Below are positions 9,908-19,148 of a DNA stretch of 23,945 nucleotides, piece after piece. The stretch's first letter is position 1; the number at the start of each line of letters is the position of its first letter. The notes under the pieces were generated by a model that was given only the letters and a program-made list of their open reading frames with translations, did not search any database and was not told where the DNA came from. The stretch comes from Elainellaceae cyanobacterium (GTDB lineage Bacteria > Cyanobacteriota > Cyanobacteriia > CAZCXK01), in NCBI GenBank assembly GCA_051117555.1, contig JBNPEG010000134.1, positions 1 to 23,945 on the forward strand. The letters run 5' to 3'. The translations under genes were made by a program, and so were the position numbers.

Positions 9908-10596
9908 TTATCGTCATCCCCAAATGTATCAGAGCAAGAATTAGACCGAAGCCATAAGGTGCTGATAATCACCCCAAGCAATCCCAAGAATATAGGGGGA
10001 CCGACAAACTGCTTTAGATAATAAACAGCAACCACTTGAGAAAAAAGTAAACAAGTGTAACGAATAATTTCAGCCGATCCTCAGCCTATTGCCTAGATTA
10101 CTAAAGAATGACCCCCGGCGCACTGAGCAGGCATAAAACCCTTTAGATGCCTACGTATCCAAAAGAAATGCTTAGAATGCAACTCCAACCCATCTGCGTA
10201 TGGGGATTGCAACTCAAAGCAATCGCAGCTTCACTATTCGCAGTCTCGCCATTTATGCCACCGCCAACTTCACAATTAGCAGTATTTTGAAATCAAACGT
10301 TTAATAGTGTTGCTTTATTTGACGCATTTAAACATATTTAGATTTGTTTAACAGTTTTGAATTAATGTTTCTAAAAATCATGAAAAATGTCGATAAATCT
10401 AATGCCATAACTCAGACCATTAATTGGCTTCAAACTATTCGATTCAAGGTCACATGTCGGTGATATAATCAAAAATTATCAATTCAATGTTGTATGAATG
10501 CCCAATTGATTGTGTGAATGCCCATAAAGAGTTCTATCCGATTTTCTTTGCGCTAAATCTCAGCTTTTTGGGGTGGAGTAACGCGCTAGTAACGCG

Positions 10597-10730
10597 CTAG
10601 TTCAAGACGGCAGAAGTTTCATAACCATAGTGTGAGCGTCTCGCTCACGTCGCGGGCAAGATGCTCGCACTCAAATCGGGCAAGATGCCCGCACTTAAAT
10701 GGTTGGCTTATGGCTGCCAAACGGTACTAG
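10597..10730 (+). mobile_element. MITE-like dispersed repeat, copy 1 (134 bp, with an internal 24-bp duplication)
   Basis: Bounded by CTAG at both ends, with imperfect TIR YTAGTWC-N5-GGC and internal REP-like hairpins. Matches the reverse complement of 18818-18927 at 95/110 nt by manual alignment after removing the duplication. Confidence 0.8.
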
Positions 10731-11053
10731 TCTGTTGCAAGCTAAATTTACTTGCATCTTTCTATGAACTATGTCTGTGTCAGCTCCGCTGTGCAAGCTG
10801 ATCCGACTTAATTGTCAGATCCCCTGAATATAGAGCTTTCATGCAGATTTCTACGCAAGTTTCTGCTAGTGAATAGCGTTCCCAAACGAGCAATCGGTTG
10901 AGCAGTGATTGGTAGGCCGTGTCGTATATAGGCAAATAGGTAAGCAAAGGAATCGATGTCCTCATATCTAACTGGAGTTCCCATGGAGTCAGGATGTCGG
11001 CGTTCATTAGAGAATCTTATAAATATTATTTGAGATAATCATTTCGGTTTATA

Positions 11054-11083
11054 TTGTCAAAGGTAAGAGCAGCCCTGTATGCT
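11054..11083 (+). promoter_or_regulatory. Possible sigma70-type promoter of the ccm operon
   Basis: TTGTCA-N18-TATGCT about 115 nt upstream of ccmK2. Confidence 0.35.
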
Positions 11084-11197
11084 TAAAATTGGGAATTTTA
11101 AGGTGCTTTTCTGAAAAATTATCATCGGCTTTCCCGTCGAAATTTTCAGATTTTATCCCCGCTATTTTTGACTATTTTCTAGTTAGGAGATTGACTG

Positions 11198-11506
11198 ATG
11201 CCGATTGCTGTTGGAATGGTAGAAACGTTAGGGTTTCCTGCAGTTGTTGAAGCAGCTGATGCAATGGTGAAAGCTGCTCGTGTAACGCTGGTTGGCTACG
11301 AAAAAATTGGAAGTGGCCGTGTTACTGTTATTGTCCGTGGCGATGTGTCAGAAGTTCAGGCGTCTGTTGCTGCCGGCGTTGACAATGCAAAGCGTGTGAA
11401 TGGTGGGGAAGTGTTATCCACCCACATTATCGCGCGTCCCCACGAAAACTTAGAATACGTTCTGCCGATTCGATACACAGAGGCTGTAGAACAGTTTCGA
11501 AGTTAG
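11198..11506 (+). CDS. ccmK2: Beta-carboxysome shell hexamer CcmK2
   Basis: 102-aa BMC domain with GYEKIGSG pore motif and short C-terminus; SD AGGAG. Confidence 0.93.
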   Translation: MPIAVGMVETLGFPAVVEAADAMVKAARVTLVGYEKIGSGRVTVIVRGDVSEVQASVAAGVDNAKRVNGGEVLSTHIIARPHENLEYVLPIRYTEAVEQFRS

Positions 11507-11555
11507 ATAGGTCTGTGCTGTTTCTAATACATTTATTTAAGGAAGGGAGAAAACA

Positions 11556-11897
11556 ATGGCAATTGCTGTTGGGATGGTAGAAACATTAGGGTTTCCTGCA
11601 GTTGTTGAAGCAGCTGATGCAATGGTGAAAGCTGCTCGTGTAACGCTGGTTGGCTACGAGAAAATAGGAAGTGGCCGCGTTACTGTTATTGTCCGTGGCG
11701 ACGTATCCGAGGTTCAGGCATCTGTTGCCGCAGGGGTTGATAACGTAAAGCGAGTCAATGGAGGGCAGGTTCTTTCAACTCACATTATTGCGCGTCCTCA
11801 TGAAAACCTTGAGTATGTTCTGCCGATTCGCTATACCGAGGCTGTCGAGGCATTCCGCGAGAGTGTAACTGGAATTCGTCCCATTAGCCGATCTTAG
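11556..11897 (+). CDS. ccmK1: Beta-carboxysome shell hexamer CcmK1
   Basis: 113-aa BMC domain with the C-terminal extension ([12 protein letters not shown]) typical of K1. Confidence 0.92.
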   Translation: MAIAVGMVETLGFPAVVEAADAMVKAARVTLVGYEKIGSGRVTVIVRGDVSEVQASVAAGVDNVKRVNGGQVLSTHIIARPHENLEYVLPIRYTEAVEAFRESVTGIRPISRS

Positions 11898-11903
11898 AGT
11901 CTG

Positions 11904-12206
11904 ATGCAAATTGCCAGAGTTTGTGGAACCGTTGTTAGCACTCAGAAAGAGTCTAGCTTAACCGGTGTCAAGTTCTTGTTAGTTCAGTTACTGGATGAAG
12001 ATGGAAATCCTCTACCGGAGTATGAAGTAGCAGCCGATAATGTAGGGGCGGGTGTCGACGAATGGGTTTTGATTAGTCGTGGAAGCGCTGCTCGTCAAAC
12101 CCCTGGAGGCGAAACTCGTCCACTTGATGCGTTGGTGGTCGGAATTATTGACACGGTGAGTGTTAGTAAAGGATTCATGTATAGCAAGCGAGAGCAAGAT
12201 CGCTAG
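11904..12206 (+). CDS. ccmL: Carboxysome vertex pentamer CcmL
   Basis: EutN/CcmL motifs (GTVVSTQK, VAADNVGAGVDEWVLISRGSAAR). Confidence 0.95.
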   Translation: MQIARVCGTVVSTQKESSLTGVKFLLVQLLDEDGNPLPEYEVAADNVGAGVDEWVLISRGSAARQTPGGETRPLDALVVGIIDTVSVSKGFMYSKREQDR

Positions 12207-12489
12207 AGCAGTTACTATCTGCCATTGATGGCTTGCTTTGTAGGCTGGGCTTTGGTAGCGAATTAGGCATGTGTGACAGCACACCTGTCGGGCGCAGAGG
12301 GAACCCGCAGAGAACTTCAGCATCGGGAAGTAACTGGTTAATGGGTAAGGTCGGTGGATTGGCTCGACTACTAGGTAAGTTTTGTCTGGCATATCGGCTT
12401 ATCAGCAATGCTTGAAAGCGGATTAACTCTCTCCGACGATATTTTGTTGATTTTGAGTATCGCGTGTTTCAGTCAGGAGATGATTGTCA

Positions 12490-14607
12490 ATGGTTGCCCG
12501 TAGCTCTGCTGCTCCCCCTACCCCATGGTCTAAAAACCTAGCTCAACCCAAAATTCATGAGACCGCTTACGTCCATTCGTTTTCCAATATTATTGGAGAC
12601 GTTTATGTAGGGGCTGATGTCCTTGTTGCGCCGGGGACATCAATTCGAGCCGATGAGGGAGCTCCTTTTCATATTGGGGAAGGTTCAAATATTCAGGATG
12701 GAGTCGTTGTTCACGGTCTTGAGCAAGGTCGAGTCGTTGGCGATGACCGGAAGCAGTATTCTGTATGGATTGGCAAGGATACGTCCATTACCCATTTGGT
12801 CTTAATCCACGGACCTGCTTACATTGGCAGTAACTGTTTTATTGGTTTTCGCTCAACGATTTTCAATGCGCGTGTGGGTGATGGTTGCATTGTGATGATG
12901 CATGCTCTCGTCCAAGATGTGGAGATTCCTCCTGGAAAGTATGTTCCTTCGGGATCGGTGATTACTATGCAGCAGCAGGCTGATCGTCTTCCCGATGTTC
13001 AGTCTTTGGATGTCAAATTTGCCAATCATGTGATCGATGTCAATGATGCTTTACGCTCTGGGTATCGTTGTTCTGAAGATATTGCCTGCGTTGCTGCAAT
13101 TCGTGATGAACTGGGACAAGGTCAGCAATCAATTATGGAATACAACTACAAATCAACTAACGCTAGTCAATCCAGCAATGGCTCTGGTGGAGGGCGCAGC
13201 GATCGCCTGAGTCCAGACGTCGTCAATCAGGTTCGTCAATTGCTAGCTCAAGGTCATCGGATTGGTGCAGAACACGCGGATGCGCGTCGATTTCAAACGA
13301 GTTCCTGGAAGAGCTGTGCGCCTATCTCATCAACTCGTGATTCTGATGTGTTCGCAGCTCTAGAAGCCTGTATGGCGGATCATGCCGGAGAATATGTCCG
13401 GTTGATTGGCATCGACCCGAGTGCGAAGCGGCGTGTCCTTGAGACGATTATTCAACGTCCGGGAGAAGCGCCTAAATCCGCTACCAATGGGGGGCGTTCC
13501 TCGCGCAGCTCTGCGACGTCCTCATCATCGAGCGGAAATGGCCAGCGAGACTCGTCACAAACGGGGGGCGATCGCCTGGCCCCTGACCTGATTCAGCAGG
13601 TGCGTCAACTCCTTTCGCAGGGATACCGAATCGGTATGGAGCATGCAGATGCGCGTCGCTTCCAGACCAGTTCTTGGAAGAGTTGTTCACCCATTTCGTC
13701 GACTCGCGAATCTGAAGTGATGGCGGCTTTGAACGCATGTTTAGCCGAACATAGCGGTGAATATGTTCGCTTGCTTGGCATTGATCCAAATGCGAAACGG
13801 CGTGTCCTTGAGACCATTATTCAACGTCCCGGAGATAAGTCCACGGCTGCTTCATCTCGAACGTCTGGAGCCGCTGCATATTCGTCTTCCTCTAGTGTCT
13901 CCTCAAATAATGTCTCCTCAAATAATGTCTCCTCAAATCGAGGCAGTCATTCATCCGATCAATCTAGATCCTCACACGTTGACTCCGATGTGGCTCGCCA
14001 AATTGACCAGCTTCTCAGTCAGGGGTATCGGTTTGGTATGGAGTATGCGGATGCGCGGCGTTTTCAGACAAGTTCTTGGAAGAGTTGTGGATCTATTCAG
14101 TCAACCCGCACCTCAGACGTGATTCAAGCGCTAGAAAATTGTTTGGCTGAGCATCAAGGTGAGTACGTGCGACTCATTGGTATCGACCCAAACGCGAAGC
14201 GGCGTGTTGTCGAAACAATTGTTCAGCGTCCTGGAGAACAGCCGAGGCGCGCATCTGCGAGTAGGAGTCACGAATCAAGCCATGCATCCTCCTCTACGCC
14301 AGCCCAGCCCTCTCGTAATGGCTATTCCCAATCGGTTAAGAGCGCAAACTTAGATTCAGATACGGTACAAACCATTAACCAATTGTTGAATCAGGGGTAT
14401 CGTATTGGTACAGAACATGCCGATGCGCGTCGCTTCCAAACGAGCTCTTGGCGGAGTTGTGCGCCTATCGAGTCCAAGCATACGTCTGATGTAGTGCATG
14501 CGCTAGAAGCGTGTCTGGCAGAGCATGAGGGGGAATATGTTCGACTGATTGGCATTGATCCAAATGCCAAACGTCGCGTGATGGAGACGATTATTCAACG
14601 TCCATAA
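12490..14607 (+). CDS. ccmM: Carboxysome assembly protein CcmM (gamma-CA domain plus 4 RbcS-like domains)
   Basis: N-terminal AAPPTPWS and hexapeptide gamma-CA repeats, then four E(H/Y)[11 protein letters not shown]...ETI(I/V)QRP domains. ATG 12490 follows SD AGGAG (12475-12479). Confidence 0.96.
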   Translation: MVARSSAAPPTPWSKNLAQPKIHETAYVHSFSNIIGDVYVGADVLVAPGTSIRADEGAPFHIGEGSNIQDGVVVHGLEQGRVVGDDRKQYSVWIGKDTSITHLVLIHGPAYIGSNCFIGFRSTIFNARVGDGCIVMMHALVQDVEIPPGKYVPSGSVITMQQQADRLPDVQSLDVKFANHVIDVNDALRSGYRCSEDIACVAAIRDELGQGQQSIMEYNYKSTNASQSSNGSGGGRSDRLSPDVVNQVRQLLAQGHRIGAEHADARRFQTSSWKSCAPISSTRDSDVFAALEACMADHAGEYVRLIGIDPSAKRRVLETIIQRPGEAPKSATNGGRSSRSSATSSSSSGNGQRDSSQTGGDRLAPDLIQQVRQLLSQGYRIGMEHADARRFQTSSWKSCSPISSTRESEVMAALNACLAEHSGEYVRLLGIDPNAKRRVLETIIQRPGDKSTAASSRTSGAAAYSSSSSVSSNNVSSNNVSSNRGSHSSDQSRSSHVDSDVARQIDQLLSQGYRFGMEYADARRFQTSSWKSCGSIQSTRTSDVIQALENCLAEHQGEYVRLIGIDPNAKRRVVETIVQRPGEQPRRASASRSHESSHASSSTPAQPSRNGYSQSVKSANLDSDTVQTINQLLNQGYRIGTEHADARRFQTSSWRSCAPIESKHTSDVVHALEACLAEHEGEYVRLIGIDPNAKRRVMETIIQRP
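13896..13938 (+). repeat. In-frame 15-bp tandem repeat in a CcmM linker
   Basis: TGTCTCCTCAAATAA x2 plus TGTCTCCTCAAAT, encoding [14 protein letters not shown]. Confidence 0.9.
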
Positions 14608-14647
14608 CCTAGGCAAATTCAGCTAGTGATTGAGCATATTGAGCATA

Positions 14648-15220
14648 ATGCCTGTTCCTGAGGTGCAATGTCCGACTGATGTGCTATTTTATGTTGCGGG
14701 TGATGTAACCATTCATCCATCTGCGGCGATCGCCTCTGAGGTATTATTACAGGCTAATGTAGGTAGCCAGATTATCATTGGAGAGGGAGTATGCATTGGG
14801 GCAGGTTCGATTATTCATGCTTATCAAGGTATCTTAGAGATAAGATCGGGTGTAACTCTAGGAACTAAAGTCTTGATTGTCGGCAGCGGATACATCGGCG
14901 CAAATGCATGCGTAGGGTCACATACCACTATCTTTGACTGCTCAGTTGAAGAGGGTGAATGTGTTCCGTCTCAGTCATTGATCGTAGATGAAAGTCTTCA
15001 GCATAGGGCTATTGAAGAGCCTGCCAATGATTTTGTCAGAGATTCCGTCGGAGATTTTAACGGCAGTTCCTCGCAAACATCTGAGTCGCAATCAGCTTCA
15101 AACCCTATCAAACGCCAAGATTCTCAGGTTTACGGTTTAGCTTCAGTAAAGCGGCTGACGCGAATGATGTTTCCTCATCGTTTAAATTCTCAAGGCGATC
15201 CAACGGATTCATCGAGCTAA
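14648..15220 (+). CDS. ccmN: Carboxysome assembly protein CcmN
   Basis: Hexapeptide-repeat N-domain and C-terminal encapsulation-like peptide VYGLASVKRLTRMMFPH. Lies between ccmM and ccmO; ATG 14648 preferred over TTG 14630. Confidence 0.9.
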   Translation: MPVPEVQCPTDVLFYVAGDVTIHPSAAIASEVLLQANVGSQIIIGEGVCIGAGSIIHAYQGILEIRSGVTLGTKVLIVGSGYIGANACVGSHTTIFDCSVEEGECVPSQSLIVDESLQHRAIEEPANDFVRDSVGDFNGSSSQTSESQSASNPIKRQDSQVYGLASVKRLTRMMFPHRLNSQGDPTDSSS

Positions 15221-15269
15221 GCCAACCGGGCACTATCCCATACATACCAGGTTTAATTGGAGGTCGGAG

Positions 15270-16049
15270 ATGGAGTGGCAAAACAAGGGATTGGTCCCGG
15301 CGAAGCCATCGAAACCGCCTAATAGCTTTTCTGACCAATCACTGGGGCTGGTATCGACGCGAAGTTTTCCTGCCATTGTTGGAACTGCCGACATGATGTT
15401 GAAGTCAGCGGGCGTTCATCTTGTTGGCTACGAGAAAATCGGAAGCGGATATTGCACTGCGGTTATCCGAGGACGGCTAGCAGATGTTCGCATCGCGGTC
15501 GAAGTTGGATCTGATACCGCTCAACAATTTGGGCAATTTGTCTCGAAAGCAATTTTGCCGCGGCCTCTCCCCAATCTAGACGCAGTATTGCCCATCGGAA
15601 GTCTGCTCGCTAAAATCGCCGAAGATCGAGAGTATAGCCGCCTCAGCAATCAAGCCGTCGGGCTGTTAGAAACCCGTGGATTCCCGGCGATGGTGGGAGC
15701 AGCAGACGCCATGCTTAAATCTGCCGAGGTGCAGCTTGCGTCCTATGAAATGATCGGTTCGGGACTGTGTACTGCAATCATTCGGGGGCGAGTCGCGGAT
15801 GTCACAATGGCCATTGAAGCAGGGATGCACGAAGCGGAACGTATCGGTGAGCTTCACGCAGTTATGGTAATTCCAAGACCACTGGAGGATTTGGAACAAA
15901 CTCTGCCCGTTGCCAGTTGTTGGATTGACAAACCGAAACCTCTATCTCTTCCTCTAGATCTCAAGCAACCCCAGAAAGAACTGGTCGAATTGCCCGACCT
16001 TCAAGACGTCGGCGAGTCAACCCCATCAACGGAGTCTTTAGAGTCCTAA
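15270..16049 (+). CDS. ccmO: Tandem-BMC carboxysome shell protein CcmO
   Basis: Two BMC domains (GLVSTRSFPAIVGTADMMLKS; GLLETRGFPAMVGAADAMLKS). Confidence 0.95.
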   Translation: MEWQNKGLVPAKPSKPPNSFSDQSLGLVSTRSFPAIVGTADMMLKSAGVHLVGYEKIGSGYCTAVIRGRLADVRIAVEVGSDTAQQFGQFVSKAILPRPLPNLDAVLPIGSLLAKIAEDREYSRLSNQAVGLLETRGFPAMVGAADAMLKSAEVQLASYEMIGSGLCTAIIRGRVADVTMAIEAGMHEAERIGELHAVMVIPRPLEDLEQTLPVASCWIDKPKPLSLPLDLKQPQKELVELPDLQDVGESTPSTESLES

Positions 16050-16192
16050 TCGCCACGCATAAACCTGATTTGGCTCCAAAGGACGCAGTATGGTGCTTCG
16101 TGAAATGGCCTCGTGAAATAGCAACGTCGAAATCCAACCTTCGATGCCAGACTTTTGGTTGCCAGGGCAATACTTGGGAGAAGCTTAGCGTA

Positions 16193-18022
16193 TTAAAGAA
16201 TCGGAGCCTCCACCTTCTCCGTCGAGAAAGGGGAGGATGGTAGAGTCATCCCCTTTTGAAGCTTTTTTAGCATTCGCTGACGTCCATCGAGTGCCGCCTG
16301 AAAATCAGGCTTGATTTGAATTGCCTTGTCGTAGGAAATCATCGCGTCTTCATAGTGGTGGAGCGTTTCCAAAACGCGTCCTCGATCGTGCCATGCCCAC
16401 GAGTTTTGTGGTTGAATCTCAGCGGCCTTCTCATACGATTGAATCGCTTCTTCGTATCGTCCTAGCTTTTCCAGCACAGCACCTCGCTTAAACCAAGCAA
16501 GATGATCGTCAGGTTGGAGAGTGACGACTTTTTCGTAGGACTCGACTGCCTCTCGATACTGGTTTGAATTTTCGAGCGCCATACCCCGCATTAGCCACGC
16601 CAGAGCATCATCCGGCTTATCACTAATTGCCTTATCGCATGAGGCGATCGCCTCTTCATAATGTTGAAGATGATAAAGCTGATCGACTCGCTTAAGCTGC
16701 CTAAGCACTCGCTTGCGGCTCTCAACTGCAAGCTGGAAATCAGGCTTAAGCTGAACGGCTCGATTATAGGCCGTTACAGCCTCTTCATAGCGATTCAACC
16801 CTTCTAGTACTTGTCCTCGGTCATGCCATGCCCAGTAGTTATCTGGCTGAAGCTCAATCACCTGATCGTACGAAGCGATCGCCTGATCATACTGCTGAAT
16901 CTGTTCGAGTGCTTTACCCCGCTTAAACCACGCTAAATAGTCCTGGGGTTGAATTTCGATCACCTTATCAAATGAGCTCACCGCTTCTTGATATTGCTGG
17001 CAGTTTTCTAAGGCAATTCCCCGCTTGAACCAGATCATGTAGTCATTCGGGACGATTTGTAACACCTTTTCATAGCAGGCAACAGCTTCTGGATAGCGTT
17101 GTTGCTGAAAAAGCTCATCGGCTCGTTCACACCAAATTAAATGCCCATCCGAGTCTGATGACTTTGCGATTGGCAAGATGATTGTCGTATGATTCGGTGC
17201 CCCTGCGAGACTATTCAGCGCGGAGAGCGCCTCCATAGCGGATTGATAGCGCTGGCGAAAATCGTAGCGAGTCATCGTGTCGATGATTGCGCTGAGGTCG
17301 TCGCTAACATCGACTTGATCGCGCCAGATAAGTTCACCCGTTCTCACATCTTCTCGCAACTGCGCTGGATAGCACCCCGTCAGCGCTTGAATGCCAATCA
17401 TCCCAACTGCATAAATATCGCTGCTGTATCGAGGCTTGCCCGCCAACTGCTCATTGGGCATATATCCTGTCGAACCAATGGCGATCGTAATGCTGGTTTC
17501 GCCTTGATTACCCGTTGCTTCGACGCCAATCTGCTTAACAATGCCAAAGTCAATGAGAACAATTCGCTGGTCTCGCTTTCGGCGAATCAAATTGGACGGT
17601 TTGATATCTCGATGAATAACCTGCTGCTCATGAACGAAAGCAAGCGTTTTGAGGACGTCTTGCAGGAGGGCAATCACTTGAGATTCGTTAAATTGAACGT
17701 TCGATCGCAGCTCCTGACTTAGGATATCGCCTTCGACAAATTCTTGAACTAAATAAAATTCCTGATTTTCTTCAAAGTGAGCGAATAATTGAGGAATCTG
17801 ATCGTGACTTCCAAGGGTGTAAAGAACATTTGCCTCTTGATCGAAAAATCGTCTTGCGGTTTGCAACGCTCTCGGATCATCAAGCTTGGGTTTTAGCTGC
17901 TTGACGACACAGTGGGGACTTCCAGGCAGGTGCAAATCTTCAGATAAGTAGGTTTGGCCAAACCCTCCTCCACCCAGATAGCGGATGATTTGGTAGCGCC
18001 CACCAAGTGTTGTTCCCAACAT
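16193..18022 (-). CDS. Hanks-type Ser/Thr protein kinase with C-terminal TPR repeats
   Basis: GGGGFG P-loop, VVK, HRDIKPSN and DFG, plus about 8 TPR repeats (AWFKRG/AWHDRG) in two blocks. Start at ATG 18022 or TTG 18028. Confidence 0.93.
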   Translation of the reverse strand: MLGTTLGGRYQIIRYLGGGGFGQTYLSEDLHLPGSPHCVVKQLKPKLDDPRALQTARRFFDQEANVLYTLGSHDQIPQLFAHFEENQEFYLVQEFVEGDILSQELRSNVQFNESQVIALLQDVLKTLAFVHEQQVIHRDIKPSNLIRRKRDQRIVLIDFGIVKQIGVEATGNQGETSITIAIGSTGYMPNEQLAGKPRYSSDIYAVGMIGIQALTGCYPAQLREDVRTGELIWRDQVDVSDDLSAIIDTMTRYDFRQRYQSAMEALSALNSLAGAPNHTTIILPIAKSSDSDGHLIWCERADELFQQQRYPEAVACYEKVLQIVPNDYMIWFKRGIALENCQQYQEAVSSFDKVIEIQPQDYLAWFKRGKALEQIQQYDQAIASYDQVIELQPDNYWAWHDRGQVLEGLNRYEEAVTAYNRAVQLKPDFQLAVESRKRVLRQLKRVDQLYHLQHYEEAIASCDKAISDKPDDALAWLMRGMALENSNQYREAVESYEKVVTLQPDDHLAWFKRGAVLEKLGRYEEAIQSYEKAAEIQPQNSWAWHDRGRVLETLHHYEDAMISYDKAIQIKPDFQAALDGRQRMLKKLQKGMTLPSSPFSTEKVEAPIL

Positions 18023-18817
18023 AAGCAATACATGTGCAGAGATTAGCTTTAAATGCTCCCAAGAAAGTCACTAAACTTTTGGGGTTAATGCTCTCATATA
18101 GTTTACGAGAGCTGATTTCACAACTCCTTCGGCGAATTCACTGTAAGTTACTTAATTTGACTCAAATAACAATAATTTAAATCAGGAGAAGTGTGGACAG
18201 TATGCACCGCTTAATCGTCAGCCAGACTCATATTCAACCGATCAGAACAGAGAGATCCAAGAAAAGATGCTTAATTTTTCCGTCGCTGGCTGGGCTGGCT
18301 GATAGATTTACTTAGCATCAGCATTGGCTCGATACGGTATGGAACGTTGACTGCGTTGGATAAACAAATCCCGATACAGGGAAAATACTGGGGCTCGTGT
18401 AGGATTTTGAACTGCACTGACATAATTCTGTTGATGCAATTCCTAGTATTCCTCAGGTTCCGCCTAGAATGCTGCCGATTTTGGTCAAGATTGGATGAAC
18501 TTTCTCAGATGGATTTTGATTATTCTGTAATTCCGTCGTTAAATCTGACACTCCAAAACTAGCAATTTTGATTGGGTACTAGTCAGTCTCTTAGACGTCT
18601 AAATGGCTTTGTGAAGTCGTTTCAGCATGAAATGCGAAGGATTAAAATACTGAACGTCATCAAGAAATTTTGGCAAGGCTGACTCTTAAAACTCGTATTG
18701 AAAGAATAAAAAAATATCCTATTTTGAAGTTTTTGAATACCATTTAAATGTTAAAAACTCCCGTTTAAATGAAGCACTTAATGACATAACGTTCCTAAGT
18801 GAATAGATCTGTTCTAG

Positions 18818-18927
18818 TTAGTACTGCTTGGCAAAAATAAGCCAACCATTTAAGTGCGGGCATCTTGCCCGCGACGTGAGCGTCTCGCTCACACTACGGG
18901 TATGAAACTTTCGCCATCTTGTACTAG
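18818..18927 (-). mobile_element. MITE-like dispersed repeat, copy 2 (110 bp, inverted relative to copy 1)
   Basis: TTAGTAC-N5-GGC ... GCC-N5-GTACTAG ends; same internal sequence as 10597-10730 on the opposite strand. Confidence 0.8.
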
Positions 18928-19094
18928 TTGCCCAATGTGTCGCTCTTCGAACAGATTTTTTTGCGCCTTCGATGGGGTTTGATATCGGAGTGTCGACACC
19001 GGCTAAATTGCCTTGAGTCAAGGGGCAATATTTGAGGTGTGCGTACATATCATGAGTTTTAAGCGAGATGTCGCTCGGTTTAAGCAGAGGAGGT

Positions 19095-19103
19095 TGTTAT
19101 ACT
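19095..19103 (+). promoter_or_regulatory. Extended -10 promoter of clpB
   Basis: TGt-TATACT 45 nt upstream of the clpB ATG. Confidence 0.5.
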
Positions 19104-19148
19104 TAGAATCACTGAGATGATGGTTTTTGGAAACACGTTGTTTAGAAC

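Noticed and set aside
16050..16192. Absence of rbcLXS after ccmO
   Set aside because: Separation of rbc from ccm genes is common in beta-cyanobacteria and not unusual.
17189..17722. 177-aa ORF and other antisense or out-of-frame ORFs within kinase, ndh, ccmM, clpB and SBP
   Set aside because: They lie wholly within well-supported genes and have no recognisable domains.
18818..19048. 76-aa ORF (also 10780-11007, 18347-18562 and 12012-12415 ORFs)
   Set aside because: Short ORFs overlapping the MITE or intergenic regions, with no motif or RBS support.
18930..19148. CIRCE element upstream of clpB
   Set aside because: No TTAGCACTC-N9-GAGTGCTAA is present; only short unrelated palindromes.
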